A stretch of DNA of 64,000 bases from positions 17,867 through 81,866 of the forward strand of contig CAYVAJ010000003.1 in the NCBI GenBank assembly GCA_964448725.1, written 5' to 3'. This document shows, one piece after another, positions 19,542 to 28,984 of this stretch. This DNA comes from an uncultured Gammaproteobacteria bacterium. GTDB lineage: Bacteria; Patescibacteriota; Microgenomatia; Levybacterales; GWA1-39-11. The notes under the pieces were generated by a model that was not told where the DNA came from, searched no databases, and worked only from the letters and a program-made list of their open reading frames with translations. Position 1 is the first letter of the stretch. Every line of letters begins with the position of its first letter. Made by a program: the position numbers and the translations under genes.

Positions 19542-19850
19542 TTCTGCGAAATAAGGTGTAAAGGTATAGGGTTTGTAAAGTTATAAAGTTTGTAAAGTTC
19601 ATAAAGTCGTTTTAGTTATAAAGTTTGTAAAGTTCATAAAGTTATAAAGTAAGAGGAGTTAGTATTGATTATCAATAATAAATAATCAATACCACGGTAT
19701 AAGAATTAAAGTTTCTAAAGTTCATAAAGTATAAGGAGTTATTATTGTAATCAATAATAAATAATCAATAATAAGTAATCAATATCTTTGAAAATAATAA
19801 GTAATAAATAATAAATAATAAGTAATAAATAATAAATAGCCTCTGGCCTA
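19542..19850. repeat. AT-rich repetitive intergenic region between convergent genes
   Basis: Repeated units GTTTGTAAAGTTCATAAAGT (x3-4), AGGAGTTA..ATCAATAATAAATAATCAATA (x2) and AATAAGTAATAAATAATAAAT (x2). Confidence 0.8.
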
Positions 19851-21617
19851 GTATATCTCAAAATTTGCGAGGAGCTTTTTATTGCCTTCGATTTGATAGT
19901 TGAGCAGATCTGAGTAGATACCCTTCTTTTTAGAGAGCTCTTGTGGACTGCCATAATCAACTACTTTTCCACTATCAATTACTATAACTTTGTCTACATT
20001 TTGGATAGTTGAGAATCTATGCGCGATAATAATTACTAATTTATCTTTCATGAGAGTCTCAAGTGCGTCTTGTACATCTTTCTCGCTCTTTGCATCCAAA
20101 GAGCTAGTTGCTTCATCCATAATCAAGATTGGTGCATTTTTAAGAATTGCACGTGCTATTTGAATACGCTGTTTTTGTCCTCCAGATAATTTGACTCCTC
20201 GTTCGCCAACAAGACTGTTAATTCCTTTTGGAAGTTTTTGCACAAATTCATATGCATTTGCTTTTTTCAATGCATCAATTACTGCATCATCGCTTGCTTG
20301 GTGTGTCCCATACATTACGTTCTCACGGACAGTTGAGGAAAAGAGTTCATTTTCTTGAAAAACGAGAGAAATGTTATTACGTATATAATGATGGTCAAGA
20401 TCAGTATAGTCGACTCCATTAAGAAGAATTTTCCCTTCAGTTGGTGCATAAAACTTTAGAATCATATTGATTATTGTTGATTTTCCAGCACCACTGTGCC
20501 CAACAAGTGCGACTGTTTCATGCGGCTTAATAGTAAATGATACATTGGTAAGTACTCTTTCATTTTTCTCATACGCAAATGACACCTTATCAAATGTGAG
20601 TGTCGGATCTTCTATTCGTTTTGTATCAACTGGCTTTGTGTAGTCCTCTGCAGACTCAAGATTTAAAACTTCAAAATATTCTTTTGATCCACTCTCAGCT
20701 CGTTGTATGTTGGTGAGAATAAATGACATAGCAAAAAGCGGCCGACGAGATTGGGCTACAAGCTGTAATATAAGTACCATTTCACCAATCGTAAGATCTC
20801 CCTGGAATGTGTTGTAGAATACTACAATATTAATAATCAAAAGTACGATGTTGAGAGAGAGTCCACGGTAAAAATCAAATAAATGAAATGTCTGACTTTG
20901 TTTCGCATAAATCTTGTTAATATTTTCATAATTAGTGACAATCTTATTAAATTCATTTCGTTCAGTTATAAAGCTTTTAACCAATCTAATATTTCCGATT
21001 ACCTCCTGAATTCTTCCTCGTGATGCATCTTCAATTTTATTTTTCTTTACTTCTTCCTGACCCCATTTTTTAGTAGAGTAGTATGAAATAGAGATATATA
21101 TAGGAAAGAGAAGAAACGTGACAATTGCAATTGGAATATTATAGTAAGCAAGTACTGCAATGGTGAATATTGCTTGCAGAAGAGACGGCAGTGCAAAATT
21201 AGTCATTGTCTGGATAAAACTTTGAACTGAGAAAATACCACGGCTCAGTTGATTTATCATTTTTCCAGAAATCTCAGAATCAAAATAATTGAGCGGAAGG
21301 CGCAGGACTTTATCATAGTATTTTTCAGTTAAGAACTTTCCGAGCTTAGCTGAAAAATGGTCACCGAGGCGGTTGCTTACCGTCTGTGTAATAAGCGCAA
21401 GTAAGCTCACGACAAAGGCAGCAATAATCAATGTAATAAGAGTATTGATATCTCCTTGTCCATCCTGTACCCGTGCTACGATCTGATCGACAATACTTTT
21501 TGAGATAATTGGAGTGACTAATTCGAGTCCTGCGCCAAGAACAATTAACGCTGCAATGATGCTAATAAGACCGTGCAGAGGTTTTGCTAATTTTATGATA
21601 TTTCCTATATTCTTCAT
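19848..21617 (-). CDS. ABC transporter, fused permease/ATPase (MsbA-like exporter)
   Basis: Six TM helices; Walker A GHSGAGKST; signature LSGGQKQRIQIARA; start set at MKNIGN (ATG 21617) after AGGAAAGGA. Confidence 0.85.
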   Translation of the reverse strand: MKNIGNIIKLAKPLHGLISIIAALIVLGAGLELVTPIISKSIVDQIVARVQDGQGDINTLITLIIAAFVVSLLALITQTVSNRLGDHFSAKLGKFLTEKYYDKVLRLPLNYFDSEISGKMINQLSRGIFSVQSFIQTMTNFALPSLLQAIFTIAVLAYYNIPIAIVTFLLFPIYISISYYSTKKWGQEEVKKNKIEDASRGRIQEVIGNIRLVKSFITERNEFNKIVTNYENINKIYAKQSQTFHLFDFYRGLSLNIVLLIINIVVFYNTFQGDLTIGEMVLILQLVAQSRRPLFAMSFILTNIQRAESGSKEYFEVLNLESAEDYTKPVDTKRIEDPTLTFDKVSFAYEKNERVLTNVSFTIKPHETVALVGHSGAGKSTIINMILKFYAPTEGKILLNGVDYTDLDHHYIRNNISLVFQENELFSSTVRENVMYGTHQASDDAVIDALKKANAYEFVQKLPKGINSLVGERGVKLSGGQKQRIQIARAILKNAPILIMDEATSSLDAKSEKDVQDALETLMKDKLVIIIAHRFSTIQNVDKVIVIDSGKVVDYGSPQELSKKKGIYSDLLNYQIEGNKKLLANFEIY

Positions 21618-21668
21618 TCCTTTCCTATTATATCCCTCTACTACCAGTCTGACCAGTAGAAATCTTAC

Positions 21669-22463
21669 TTGATTTTTATTCAGATGCTTGCTTATTATAA
21701 ATATATGCAAAATCTTTTAAACAAAAATCTCATTGTTACCTATGCAGCACTCGTTCTTATTACACTTTTGGCGCTGGTTCTCGTGAAAGAGCTGAATATC
21801 TCCTATCCTGTACGGGTCACTACAACTCAAGCATCTGATCTTTCAGTTGTAGGAGAAGGAAAGGTAGAAGTAGTTCCTGACCGTGCGAGTCTTGAAGCAG
21901 GGATTCTCGTTGCCAATGCTGCATCAATTGAGGCTGCACAACAAGAAATTGATGAAAAAAACAATGCAATTGTGAGTGCACTTGGAGAATTAGGTATTCC
22001 AAAGGAAGATATTAAAACATCAAATTATTCAATAAATCCAAATCAGGATTTTAATCCAGGGATAGCAGGAAGAATTACCGGGTATAATGGCAATGTAACG
22101 GTTAGTATTACTGTGCGGCAGATAGATCTTGTCCCACAAGTTACTCAAGCAGTTACTACAGCTGGAGCAAATCAGGTATATAACGTGAGTTATTCAGTTG
22201 AAAACCCTGAGAAATTCCGGGAAGAAGCACGAAATAAAGCAATCGAAAATGCTAAAGAACAAGCACAAAATTTGGCAAATTCTTTAGGTATTAGACTTGG
22301 AAGAGTTGTGAATATAGTTGAGTCTACTCCAGCAAACGGCCCATTACCATTTGAACGAGCTTTGATGAGCAGAGATGCAATGGGTGGTGCAAATGCTCCA
22401 GTACTTGAACCAGGAACACAGGAAATTACCTCAGTAGTAACGCTCTATTTTGAAAAAAAATAA
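21669..22463 (+). CDS. SIMPL (DUF541) domain periplasmic protein
   Basis: N-terminal anchor; SVVGEGKVEVVPDRA...IKTSNYSINP...ITGYNGNVTVSITVR...GANQV... match the SIMPL family pattern. Confidence 0.8.
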   Translation: MIFIQMLAYYKYMQNLLNKNLIVTYAALVLITLLALVLVKELNISYPVRVTTTQASDLSVVGEGKVEVVPDRASLEAGILVANAASIEAAQQEIDEKNNAIVSALGELGIPKEDIKTSNYSINPNQDFNPGIAGRITGYNGNVTVSITVRQIDLVPQVTQAVTTAGANQVYNVSYSVENPEKFREEARNKAIENAKEQAQNLANSLGIRLGRVVNIVESTPANGPLPFERALMSRDAMGGANAPVLEPGTQEITSVVTLYFEKK

Positions 22464-23030
22464 CTAGATACCGTCTAGATTAAGCTCTTCATTAATAAAT
22501 TTACGAAATACTCCAAATTCACTGTCTTTTGAGGCCATTGGTTCCAAGGGAGCGGAAGATTGTTCACTTTTAATATTTTTAAGTTGTATTCCCATTCCCA
22601 TAAGATGAGCTATTGCATTTTTTTCATACTCAAATTCATAATTTACTTGATCTAGATCTTTGAGAAATCCTAGTTTGGTAATTTTTTTAAAAACATCATC
22701 ATGCACCATACGAGCATCTGCAGTATTTCCGATTTCGTATCCTGACATAATGAGTGTCCCAAATGCCACACTGATATGTGGCAAGGGAGTATCTGGATTT
22801 GTATGATTACTTACTCTCCAAGCAAGTGCGAAATTTTTTACAATATCAATATCCCACCCAGTTCCTTGTTCTTTTTCGATCTCATGGTACATATCAATAA
22901 TCTTGCTGGCTGCATCCGAATCCCAATTATCAATATTAAAATCGAAATTATCGCTGAGAAAATACTTGAGAACAGATGAACGCTGCACTATCTCTTCTTT
23001 TTTGTGATAATCAAAATATTCTTTTGACAT
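22464..23030 (-). CDS. hypothetical protein (188 aa)
   Basis: ORF only. Confidence 0.3.
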   Translation of the reverse strand: MSKEYFDYHKKEEIVQRSSVLKYFLSDNFDFNIDNWDSDAASKIIDMYHEIEKEQGTGWDIDIVKNFALAWRVSNHTNPDTPLPHISVAFGTLIMSGYEIGNTADARMVHDDVFKKITKLGFLKDLDQVNYEFEYEKNAIAHLMGMGIQLKNIKSEQSSAPLEPMASKDSEFGVFRKFINEELNLDGI

Positions 23031-23099
23031 AAATAATATGAAAGTCTACCATATACCATTTTCATAGACAATCGAATAGAGCTGTATTACAATCTATCT

Positions 23100-24845
23100 A
23101 TGAAACAAATACTCCTTGCGCTCATTGTTTTTTTGTTTTTTGTACCGAAATCAGTTCATGCACAAGAAGCATGGGAAATTACAAAATTTACGAGCGATAT
23201 CTTCATTAAAACATCAGGGGAAGTGCAGGTTACAGAGATAATATCTGTTGACTTCCATGATCTTGATAAACATGGGATTTACCGAGATATTCCTGTGATA
23301 TATACCAATGAAGATGGGTCAAAGTTTTATACTGAAATTAATGATATAAAAGTTGCAGGTGATCAGTACAAAGTGAGTAAAGACGGGGATTTTTTACGTA
23401 TTCGTATAGGTGATCCTGATCGCACGATTTCAAGGAAGCATGAGTATCGTATTTCCTATACTGTTGTTGGTGTGCTGCGTGGATTCCAGGACTATGACGA
23501 ATTGTACTGGAATGTTACGGGAAATTATTGGGATGTCCCTATAGAGCAAGTTCTTGCCGGAATTAGACTTGAAGGAGGAGAGATACAAAATACTGTTTGC
23601 TATGTTGGAGAGATAGAATCAATAGATACATGTTTTGCACAAAATTCAGGTGCTACTGCACAGTTTTCTGCAGAGGATTTACATCCAAATGAAGGTATGA
23701 CCATAGCTGTCTCATATCCAAAAGGTATAACAGAACTCCCTGTTGTACAGTCATTTTCAGACAGAGTTTTTTCAATTCCAGCCCTGCTAACTTTTGTGGT
23801 GACACTTGCTTTCGGAATCGGAGGAATTCTTCTGGTTTGGTCACACAAAGGCAGAGATCTATGGATGCGAGGAAAACATCTTTTTGATCATCAGGCAAAA
23901 GAAGAAAGAAGACCTCTCTTTCATAAGGATACAATTGTGGTGGAGTACTTGCCTCCAGAGAATCTTCGACCTGCAGAGATCGGAGTACTCGTAGATGAGC
24001 GGGCAGATACATTGGATGTAACAGGGACTATTATTGATCTTGCTACGCGTGGATATCTGACTATAACTGAGGAAAAGAAAAAATGGGCATTTGGATCAAC
24101 AGACTATACGTTGACACGAAAGAATAAAAGCACGAAAGAGCTGCTCACATATGAGGCAGAACTATTTGAGCGGCTTTTTGATACCGGAGAGAGTGTAAAA
24201 ATGTCAGAGTTAAAGGAAAAATTCTATACTGATCTTAAAAAAGTAAAAAGCCAGTTATATACAGATATGGTTGAGAAAGGATTTTTCCCTTCTAATCCTG
24301 AGCATGTGCGGAATGGGTATTTGGCAACTGCGATAATTGGTATGGTTGTTGCAGGATTTCTAGCCTCTTTTGCGTTTGCACAAGAAAATGAATATATCTT
24401 AGCTATTTCAATTGCAGGTATACTTACTGGATTTAATCTCCTAATTTTTTCTCGATTTATGTCTCGGCGTACTGCAAAAGGATATGAAATGTATCGCAGA
24501 ATTCAAGGATACAGACTCTTTATTGAGAATGTTGAGAAGCATAGACAGAAATTTTTTGAGCAGAAAAATATGTTCAATGTGGTTCTGCCTTATGCCATCG
24601 TATTTGGGTTAACTGGAAAATTTGCCAAAGCAATGCAAAATATGGGGGTCAAACCTGATACAGCTACTGCCGGTTGGTATCATGGTGTACATGCGTTCAA
24701 TATTATGAAATTTGAGAGTAGTGTATCAAATTTTTCCAGATCAATGAGTTCTGCTATGACTTCAACGCCATCAAGCAGCGGAGGATCAGGCGGAGGAGGA
24801 TTTTCAGGAGGTGGATTTGGTGGTGGCGGCGGCGGAAGCTGGTAA
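23100..24845 (+). CDS. DUF2207-family membrane protein
   Basis: Signal peptide, large ecto-domain, TM helices, C-terminal tail SGGSGGGGFSGGGFGGGGGGSW characteristic of DUF2207. Confidence 0.7.
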   Translation: MKQILLALIVFLFFVPKSVHAQEAWEITKFTSDIFIKTSGEVQVTEIISVDFHDLDKHGIYRDIPVIYTNEDGSKFYTEINDIKVAGDQYKVSKDGDFLRIRIGDPDRTISRKHEYRISYTVVGVLRGFQDYDELYWNVTGNYWDVPIEQVLAGIRLEGGEIQNTVCYVGEIESIDTCFAQNSGATAQFSAEDLHPNEGMTIAVSYPKGITELPVVQSFSDRVFSIPALLTFVVTLAFGIGGILLVWSHKGRDLWMRGKHLFDHQAKEERRPLFHKDTIVVEYLPPENLRPAEIGVLVDERADTLDVTGTIIDLATRGYLTITEEKKKWAFGSTDYTLTRKNKSTKELLTYEAELFERLFDTGESVKMSELKEKFYTDLKKVKSQLYTDMVEKGFFPSNPEHVRNGYLATAIIGMVVAGFLASFAFAQENEYILAISIAGILTGFNLLIFSRFMSRRTAKGYEMYRRIQGYRLFIENVEKHRQKFFEQKNMFNVVLPYAIVFGLTGKFAKAMQNMGVKPDTATAGWYHGVHAFNIMKFESSVSNFSRSMSSAMTSTPSSSGGSGGGGFSGGGFGGGGGGSW

Positions 24846-24880
24846 TTGACTTTTAATTACTTCAGATCTAGAATGAGTGT

Positions 24881-25474
24881 GTGAAGAAACAGCTAAAAGG
24901 TATTGTTAATTTCCTCTTTGAAGTAGGTATTCTCTCTAAAACTCCACGCTCAGGATTTCATTTTCTCGGAAGCGGTCAACAATCGGTGTCAGAGCATCTC
25001 AATCGTACAACTTATATCGGATATGTATTATCAACGTTTGAAAAAGATATAGACCAGGCAAAGGTATTAAAAATGTGTTTGTTTCATGATGTTGCTGAAG
25101 CGCGTACGAGTGATTTAAATTATGTCCATCAGCAATATGCACAGGTGAATGAAGATAAAGCGATTAATGATCTGGCGCTTACAGTCCCATTTGGTGATGA
25201 TCTTCAAGAGCTTTTAAAAGAGTATAAAGAGCGAAAAAGCAGAGAATCACTTATAGCAAAAGACGCGGATAATCTTGAATGGATTTTATCACTTAAGGAG
25301 CAAGTAGATATCGGAAATAAGCGTGCTGAAACCTGGCTACCATCAGCTATAAAACGATTAAAAACCCAGCAGGCAAAAAAAATCGCAGCAGAAATAATAC
25401 AAACAAAATCAGATGAGTGGTGGTTCTCAAATAAAGAAGATGATTGGTGGGTTACTCGTAATAAAGAGAAATAG
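24881..25474 (+). CDS. HD-domain phosphohydrolase (YfbR-like 5'-deoxynucleotidase family)
   Basis: H..HLNRT...LFHDVAEARTSDL HD motif. Confidence 0.7.
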   Translation: MKKQLKGIVNFLFEVGILSKTPRSGFHFLGSGQQSVSEHLNRTTYIGYVLSTFEKDIDQAKVLKMCLFHDVAEARTSDLNYVHQQYAQVNEDKAINDLALTVPFGDDLQELLKEYKERKSRESLIAKDADNLEWILSLKEQVDIGNKRAETWLPSAIKRLKTQQAKKIAAEIIQTKSDEWWFSNKEDDWWVTRNKEK

Positions 25475-25900
25475 CTATTCTCCTTTCAATAATTTCAATC
25501 CTGTGTCCTGATCGTATTCTCGTTCAAAATATCCGGAAAGTTGTGTAATCATTACTTCTCCTGTTCCTGAAATTTGCATGCTGTGTACATGTCCCCCGAT
25601 GGTCGTGTAGTCTTTACGACTGAGAGTTGCGTGTGCATGCATCATACGTTTTCCATCTGCAAACGCAATATTTCCGGTTAGATTAAGAAGCTCACATTCT
25701 TCATTCACTATTTTCTTAACATACTCACGCGTATCAAAATCATAGTAGCTCAGTTCTGCTTTATCACAAGCACCAAGTCCTGAGATCCAAGCTGCATCAA
25801 TATTTTTTGCATCACAGAATTCAAGAACTTTTTCAACGAGTTCTTCTCCTCGGAGGATCCTCAGAACATAACGGTTATCTTTGTCGTAAATTACTTTCAT
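25475..25900 (-). CDS. PPC (DUF296) domain protein
   Basis: VIYDKDNRYVLRILRGEELVEKVLEFCDAKNIDAAWISGLGA... resembles the PPC/DUF296 fold signature. Confidence 0.45.
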   Translation of the reverse strand: MKVIYDKDNRYVLRILRGEELVEKVLEFCDAKNIDAAWISGLGACDKAELSYYDFDTREYVKKIVNEECELLNLTGNIAFADGKRMMHAHATLSRKDYTTIGGHVHSMQISGTGEVMITQLSGYFEREYDQDTGLKLLKGE

Positions 25901-25960
25901 ACTATTCGTAAAAAGCTATTAGTATACTTCATACATAATACTAAATACATGATACTAATT

Positions 25961-26584
25961 TCACCCCAAATGAGCATGATCATTCCAGGTGATTAATTTC
26001 CATTCTCCATCCTGATTTTTTTCACAAAGCGTGATACCTGTGTTACTGAGGTCAAGCACAGCCTTTAATCTACTAAATTCATCAAATGAAAGTCCTCTTC
26101 CGAATATAATAAGAGAAATTATCATGCAAAGTATTTTACCGTGAGTGACAGCAAGTATGTTTTCTTCAGTTAGTAAATTGACATAATCTAAAAATTTTGC
26201 TGCACGGTGTTTTGCATCATGAAAGTTTTCTTCATCAGAAAAGTGCCAGTCAGTTAGTTTTACATTATTTCTTAGTATTTCTTTTACTTGAATTGCATCA
26301 GGATCATCAAAATGTTTTCCTTCAATAGCAGAGGGATTTTTAATTTCACGAAGTAATGGAGTAAAAACAGTTTTTTTCTGAACAGCTCTTCCGATTTCCT
26401 CAGCAGTTTGTTGTGCTCGTAGATAATCACTTGCAATAATTAACTCAATTTTTATATCACGAAATCTATTAGCTACAAATTTCGCTTGTTGGAATCCTTT
26501 TGCAGAGAGTTCAGTATCTGCCCTCTGATGTATATTTAGTGCATTATATTTACTTTCTCCGTGTCTGACAAAATAGAGCTTCAT
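25961..26584 (-). CDS. histidine phosphatase family protein (phosphoglycerate mutase-like)
   Basis: LYFVRHGES catalytic RHG motif and C-terminal His. Confidence 0.75.
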   Translation of the reverse strand: MKLYFVRHGESKYNALNIHQRADTELSAKGFQQAKFVANRFRDIKIELIIASDYLRAQQTAEEIGRAVQKKTVFTPLLREIKNPSAIEGKHFDDPDAIQVKEILRNNVKLTDWHFSDEENFHDAKHRAAKFLDYVNLLTEENILAVTHGKILCMIISLIIFGRGLSFDEFSRLKAVLDLSNTGITLCEKNQDGEWKLITWNDHAHLG

Positions 26585-26652
26585 TTGATTCGTATTATAT
26601 CAGGATATATGTCAACCGTGAAATTTGTGTAATCATAGTATAATAGACATCT

Positions 26653-27726
26653 ATGAAAAAGTTTTTTGTACTATTACTCATGCTTGGTGGAGGAGTATTC
26701 TTTTTTTTGAGCAGAAATGAGACTCAAAATCCCCAGGTACTTTCAGACCGGGATAATCAAAAAATTTCACAGGACATAACACCAAAAAGTGTAGAGGCAC
26801 AAGAATCAGTTTTTATTCCCTATTGGACCTTACAATCACAAAAACCACTTTCTCACTACTCTGAGGCATATTATTTTGGTGTAGCTGCAGACAAAAATGG
26901 AATTGATACCGATGAGATTGGGTATGAACGTATACAGACATTTCTTGATAAAACAAGTGAAATCGATAAACAGATGTTAGTAATTCGTATGGTAGATAAA
27001 GAGGTAAATAGTGAGGTTCTAAAAGATAGAGATGCGCAGTTGCGTATTGCACAAGAGTCAGTACAGGTAGCTACAGAGTATGGATTTGATGGAATCGTAC
27101 TTGATTTTGAAATATCAAGTATTTCATTTGATGCAGTAACAAATCGGGTTAGTACGTTTTATACTACTTTTGCAAAACAGGTGAGAACAACTGATCTTGC
27201 ATTTTACACTACCTTATATGGTGATACCTATTATAGAGTCCGTGCGTATGACATCAAAAAAATTGGTGAACTGTCAGATAAAGTGCTTATTATGTCATAT
27301 GACTTTCATAAATCACGGGGAAATCCTGGACCTAATTTTCCATTGAATGGAAGGGAAAAGTATGGATATGACTTTAGGCAAATGATTACTGACTTTACCA
27401 CTGATGTGGACCCAGAGAAAATTGAGATAATATTTGGAATGTTTGGATATGATTGGGAAGTGGATGATGAAGGAGAATCAACAGGTTTTGGTGAGGCGCT
27501 TACTGCCCAAGAGGTAATGAATGGTTATGTTGATGACTGTAAGCATAGAGAATGTTCTTGGGAGCGTGATAGTACTGCACAAGAAATACAAATTCAGTAT
27601 ACAGACATAGATAACAATAAACATATTATATGGTTTGAGGATGCAGAATCAGTCAAGCGAAAAAAAGAGTACATACAGAATAAAGGAATTTCAAAAATTT
27701 CTTATTGGACATATTCATATTATTAA
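26653..27726 (+). CDS. secreted glycoside hydrolase family 18-like protein
   Basis: Signal anchor; GH18 strands (FIPYWTL; FDGIVLDFE catalytic region with the first Asp of DxDxE replaced by Val; MSYDFH). Confidence 0.55.
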   Translation: MKKFFVLLLMLGGGVFFFLSRNETQNPQVLSDRDNQKISQDITPKSVEAQESVFIPYWTLQSQKPLSHYSEAYYFGVAADKNGIDTDEIGYERIQTFLDKTSEIDKQMLVIRMVDKEVNSEVLKDRDAQLRIAQESVQVATEYGFDGIVLDFEISSISFDAVTNRVSTFYTTFAKQVRTTDLAFYTTLYGDTYYRVRAYDIKKIGELSDKVLIMSYDFHKSRGNPGPNFPLNGREKYGYDFRQMITDFTTDVDPEKIEIIFGMFGYDWEVDDEGESTGFGEALTAQEVMNGYVDDCKHRECSWERDSTAQEIQIQYTDIDNNKHIIWFEDAESVKRKKEYIQNKGISKISYWTYSYY

Positions 27727-27850
27727 CTACTAACGAATAGCCAATATCCAACAATCAATAACCAATTCCTGCTTTCCGTATTCTTACAGACTCTTAACCC
27801 CTGTCTTATTGGTACTCACTATAGTAGTACTATAACGATAAATTCTTAGC

Positions 27851-28477
27851 ATGGTCATGAAAAGCAGGGCAGGGACCATTTTCAGAAGGCAAGATGGTGT
27901 CTCTCAGGAATCGGGAGACACCATTTTTATTGATGAAAAAAAACACAAGAAACATACAAAAAGAGTTAAGGCTGATAGCGTACAAAATGCAGATGCAGGA
28001 GAATCAGAAAAGAATAATCCATCAATAGCGGAAAAAAAGGCTGCAGATCCATCTCGCACGTTAGAGGGTATTGCTGTAAACAGTGCGAGAACAATTTTTC
28101 GAATTAAGACTATATTCCCATTTGTGCTATTTACTGATGAGGTTATTACCGATGAAGAAAAAGTAACAGTAATTATAGGTAATTTTTTCCGGAGTGGCTA
28201 TCTGAGAAGCGTTATGATTCAAGATATATCTAATGTGAGTGTAGAAACGAGTGTTTTTTTTGCAAAATTGACATTGATTGACCGTAATTTTGTGCAAGAC
28301 AGAATAACAGTGTCTTATCTTAACAAAGAGGAGGCACTCAAGATGCGCAGAATAATTATGGGGCTTATTATTGCACATGAAAATAAAGTAGATTTAGCTG
28401 ATTATACTATGCAGCAGGTACGAGAATACACAGAAGAAATTGGTCGCGCGCGTGAAATGGAAGATATAGCAGTTTAA
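27851..28477 (+). CDS. hypothetical protein, possible PH-like (bPH) C-domain
   Basis: Charged N-terminal region then a beta-rich C-domain. Confidence 0.3.
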   Translation: MVMKSRAGTIFRRQDGVSQESGDTIFIDEKKHKKHTKRVKADSVQNADAGESEKNNPSIAEKKAADPSRTLEGIAVNSARTIFRIKTIFPFVLFTDEVITDEEKVTVIIGNFFRSGYLRSVMIQDISNVSVETSVFFAKLTLIDRNFVQDRITVSYLNKEEALKMRRIIMGLIIAHENKVDLADYTMQQVREYTEEIGRAREMEDIAV

Positions 28478-28818
28478 GGGGTTTTGATAAGAGCGTTCAT
28501 AAAAGATGAGATGACGGATACAATCAAACTAAATCCGAATGCCCACCAGAAGTTTGCAATATGAAAGCCTGGTACGATAACACTAACAAGCATTATGAGT
28601 AATGCATTGAGTACGAACATAAAAAGACCGAGTGTGACAATAGTAATCGGAAGGGTGAGAATTGTAATAACAGGTTTTATAAACATGTTAATGACTCCTA
28701 ACACGATGGCAATAACAAGTGCTGTCCAAAATCCGTCGACCTGTACACCCCCTGATAATATGTACGAGGCAACCAAAATAGCAACTGTTGAAACAAGTAA
28801 TTGTATAAGGAGAGCCAT
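28474..28818 (-). CDS. phage holin family 4 (YvlD-like) membrane protein
   Basis: Start set at MALLIQLL (ATG 28818); 4 TM pattern typical of the Phage_holin_4_2 family. Confidence 0.55.
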   Translation of the reverse strand: MALLIQLLVSTVAILVASYILSGGVQVDGFWTALVIAIVLGVINMFIKPVITILTLPITIVTLGLFMFVLNALLIMLVSVIVPGFHIANFWWAFGFSLIVSVISSFMNALIKTP

Positions 28819-28909
28819 ATATTTATAGTAGTTATCTCTAAAATCATTGTCAAATGAGAAAAATTCTAGCCTTAATTGTAAGAAATTGCATGTAAATCTT
28901 GAATGCCTC

Positions 28910-28938
28910 TTGACGGATTTTAAAATATGCTGTATATT
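28910..28938 (+). promoter_or_regulatory. sigma70-type promoter of tuf (TTGACG-17-TATATT)
   Basis: Near-consensus hexamers with 17-nt spacer, 47 nt upstream of the tuf ATG; the predicted 5' end forms a 6-bp hairpin (28945..28964). Confidence 0.65.
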
Positions 28939-28984
28939 ATCAACACACCTAATAAAAAAGGTGTTTTTATTTGGGGAAATAAAT

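Noticed and set aside
19542-19850. Possible CRISPR array suggested by short repeated units
   Set aside because: The repeats are AT-rich, irregular in length and spacing, and have no unique spacers of constant size. No cas genes are nearby. The region is a tandem-repeat spacer rather than a CRISPR array.
19751-19960. 69-aa minus-strand ORF (LLLIIYY low-complexity peptide)
   Set aside because: It is a translation of the AATAAGTAATAAATAATAAAT tandem repeats and is out of register with the ABC-exporter gene, whose C-terminus it overlaps.
28941-28976. tuf leader hairpin as a transcription terminator
   Set aside because: It has only a 6-bp stem with 3 GC pairs and an 8-nt loop, and it begins at the predicted transcription start. 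It is more likely a 5' stability element, so it is reported as a low-interest observation only.
28847-28984. Upstream extension of the tuf ORF (MSNEKNSS...)
   Set aside because: The extension covers the promoter -10/-35 region and the 5' hairpin. The conserved EF-Tu N-terminus [12 protein letters not shown] begins at 28985 with an RBS.
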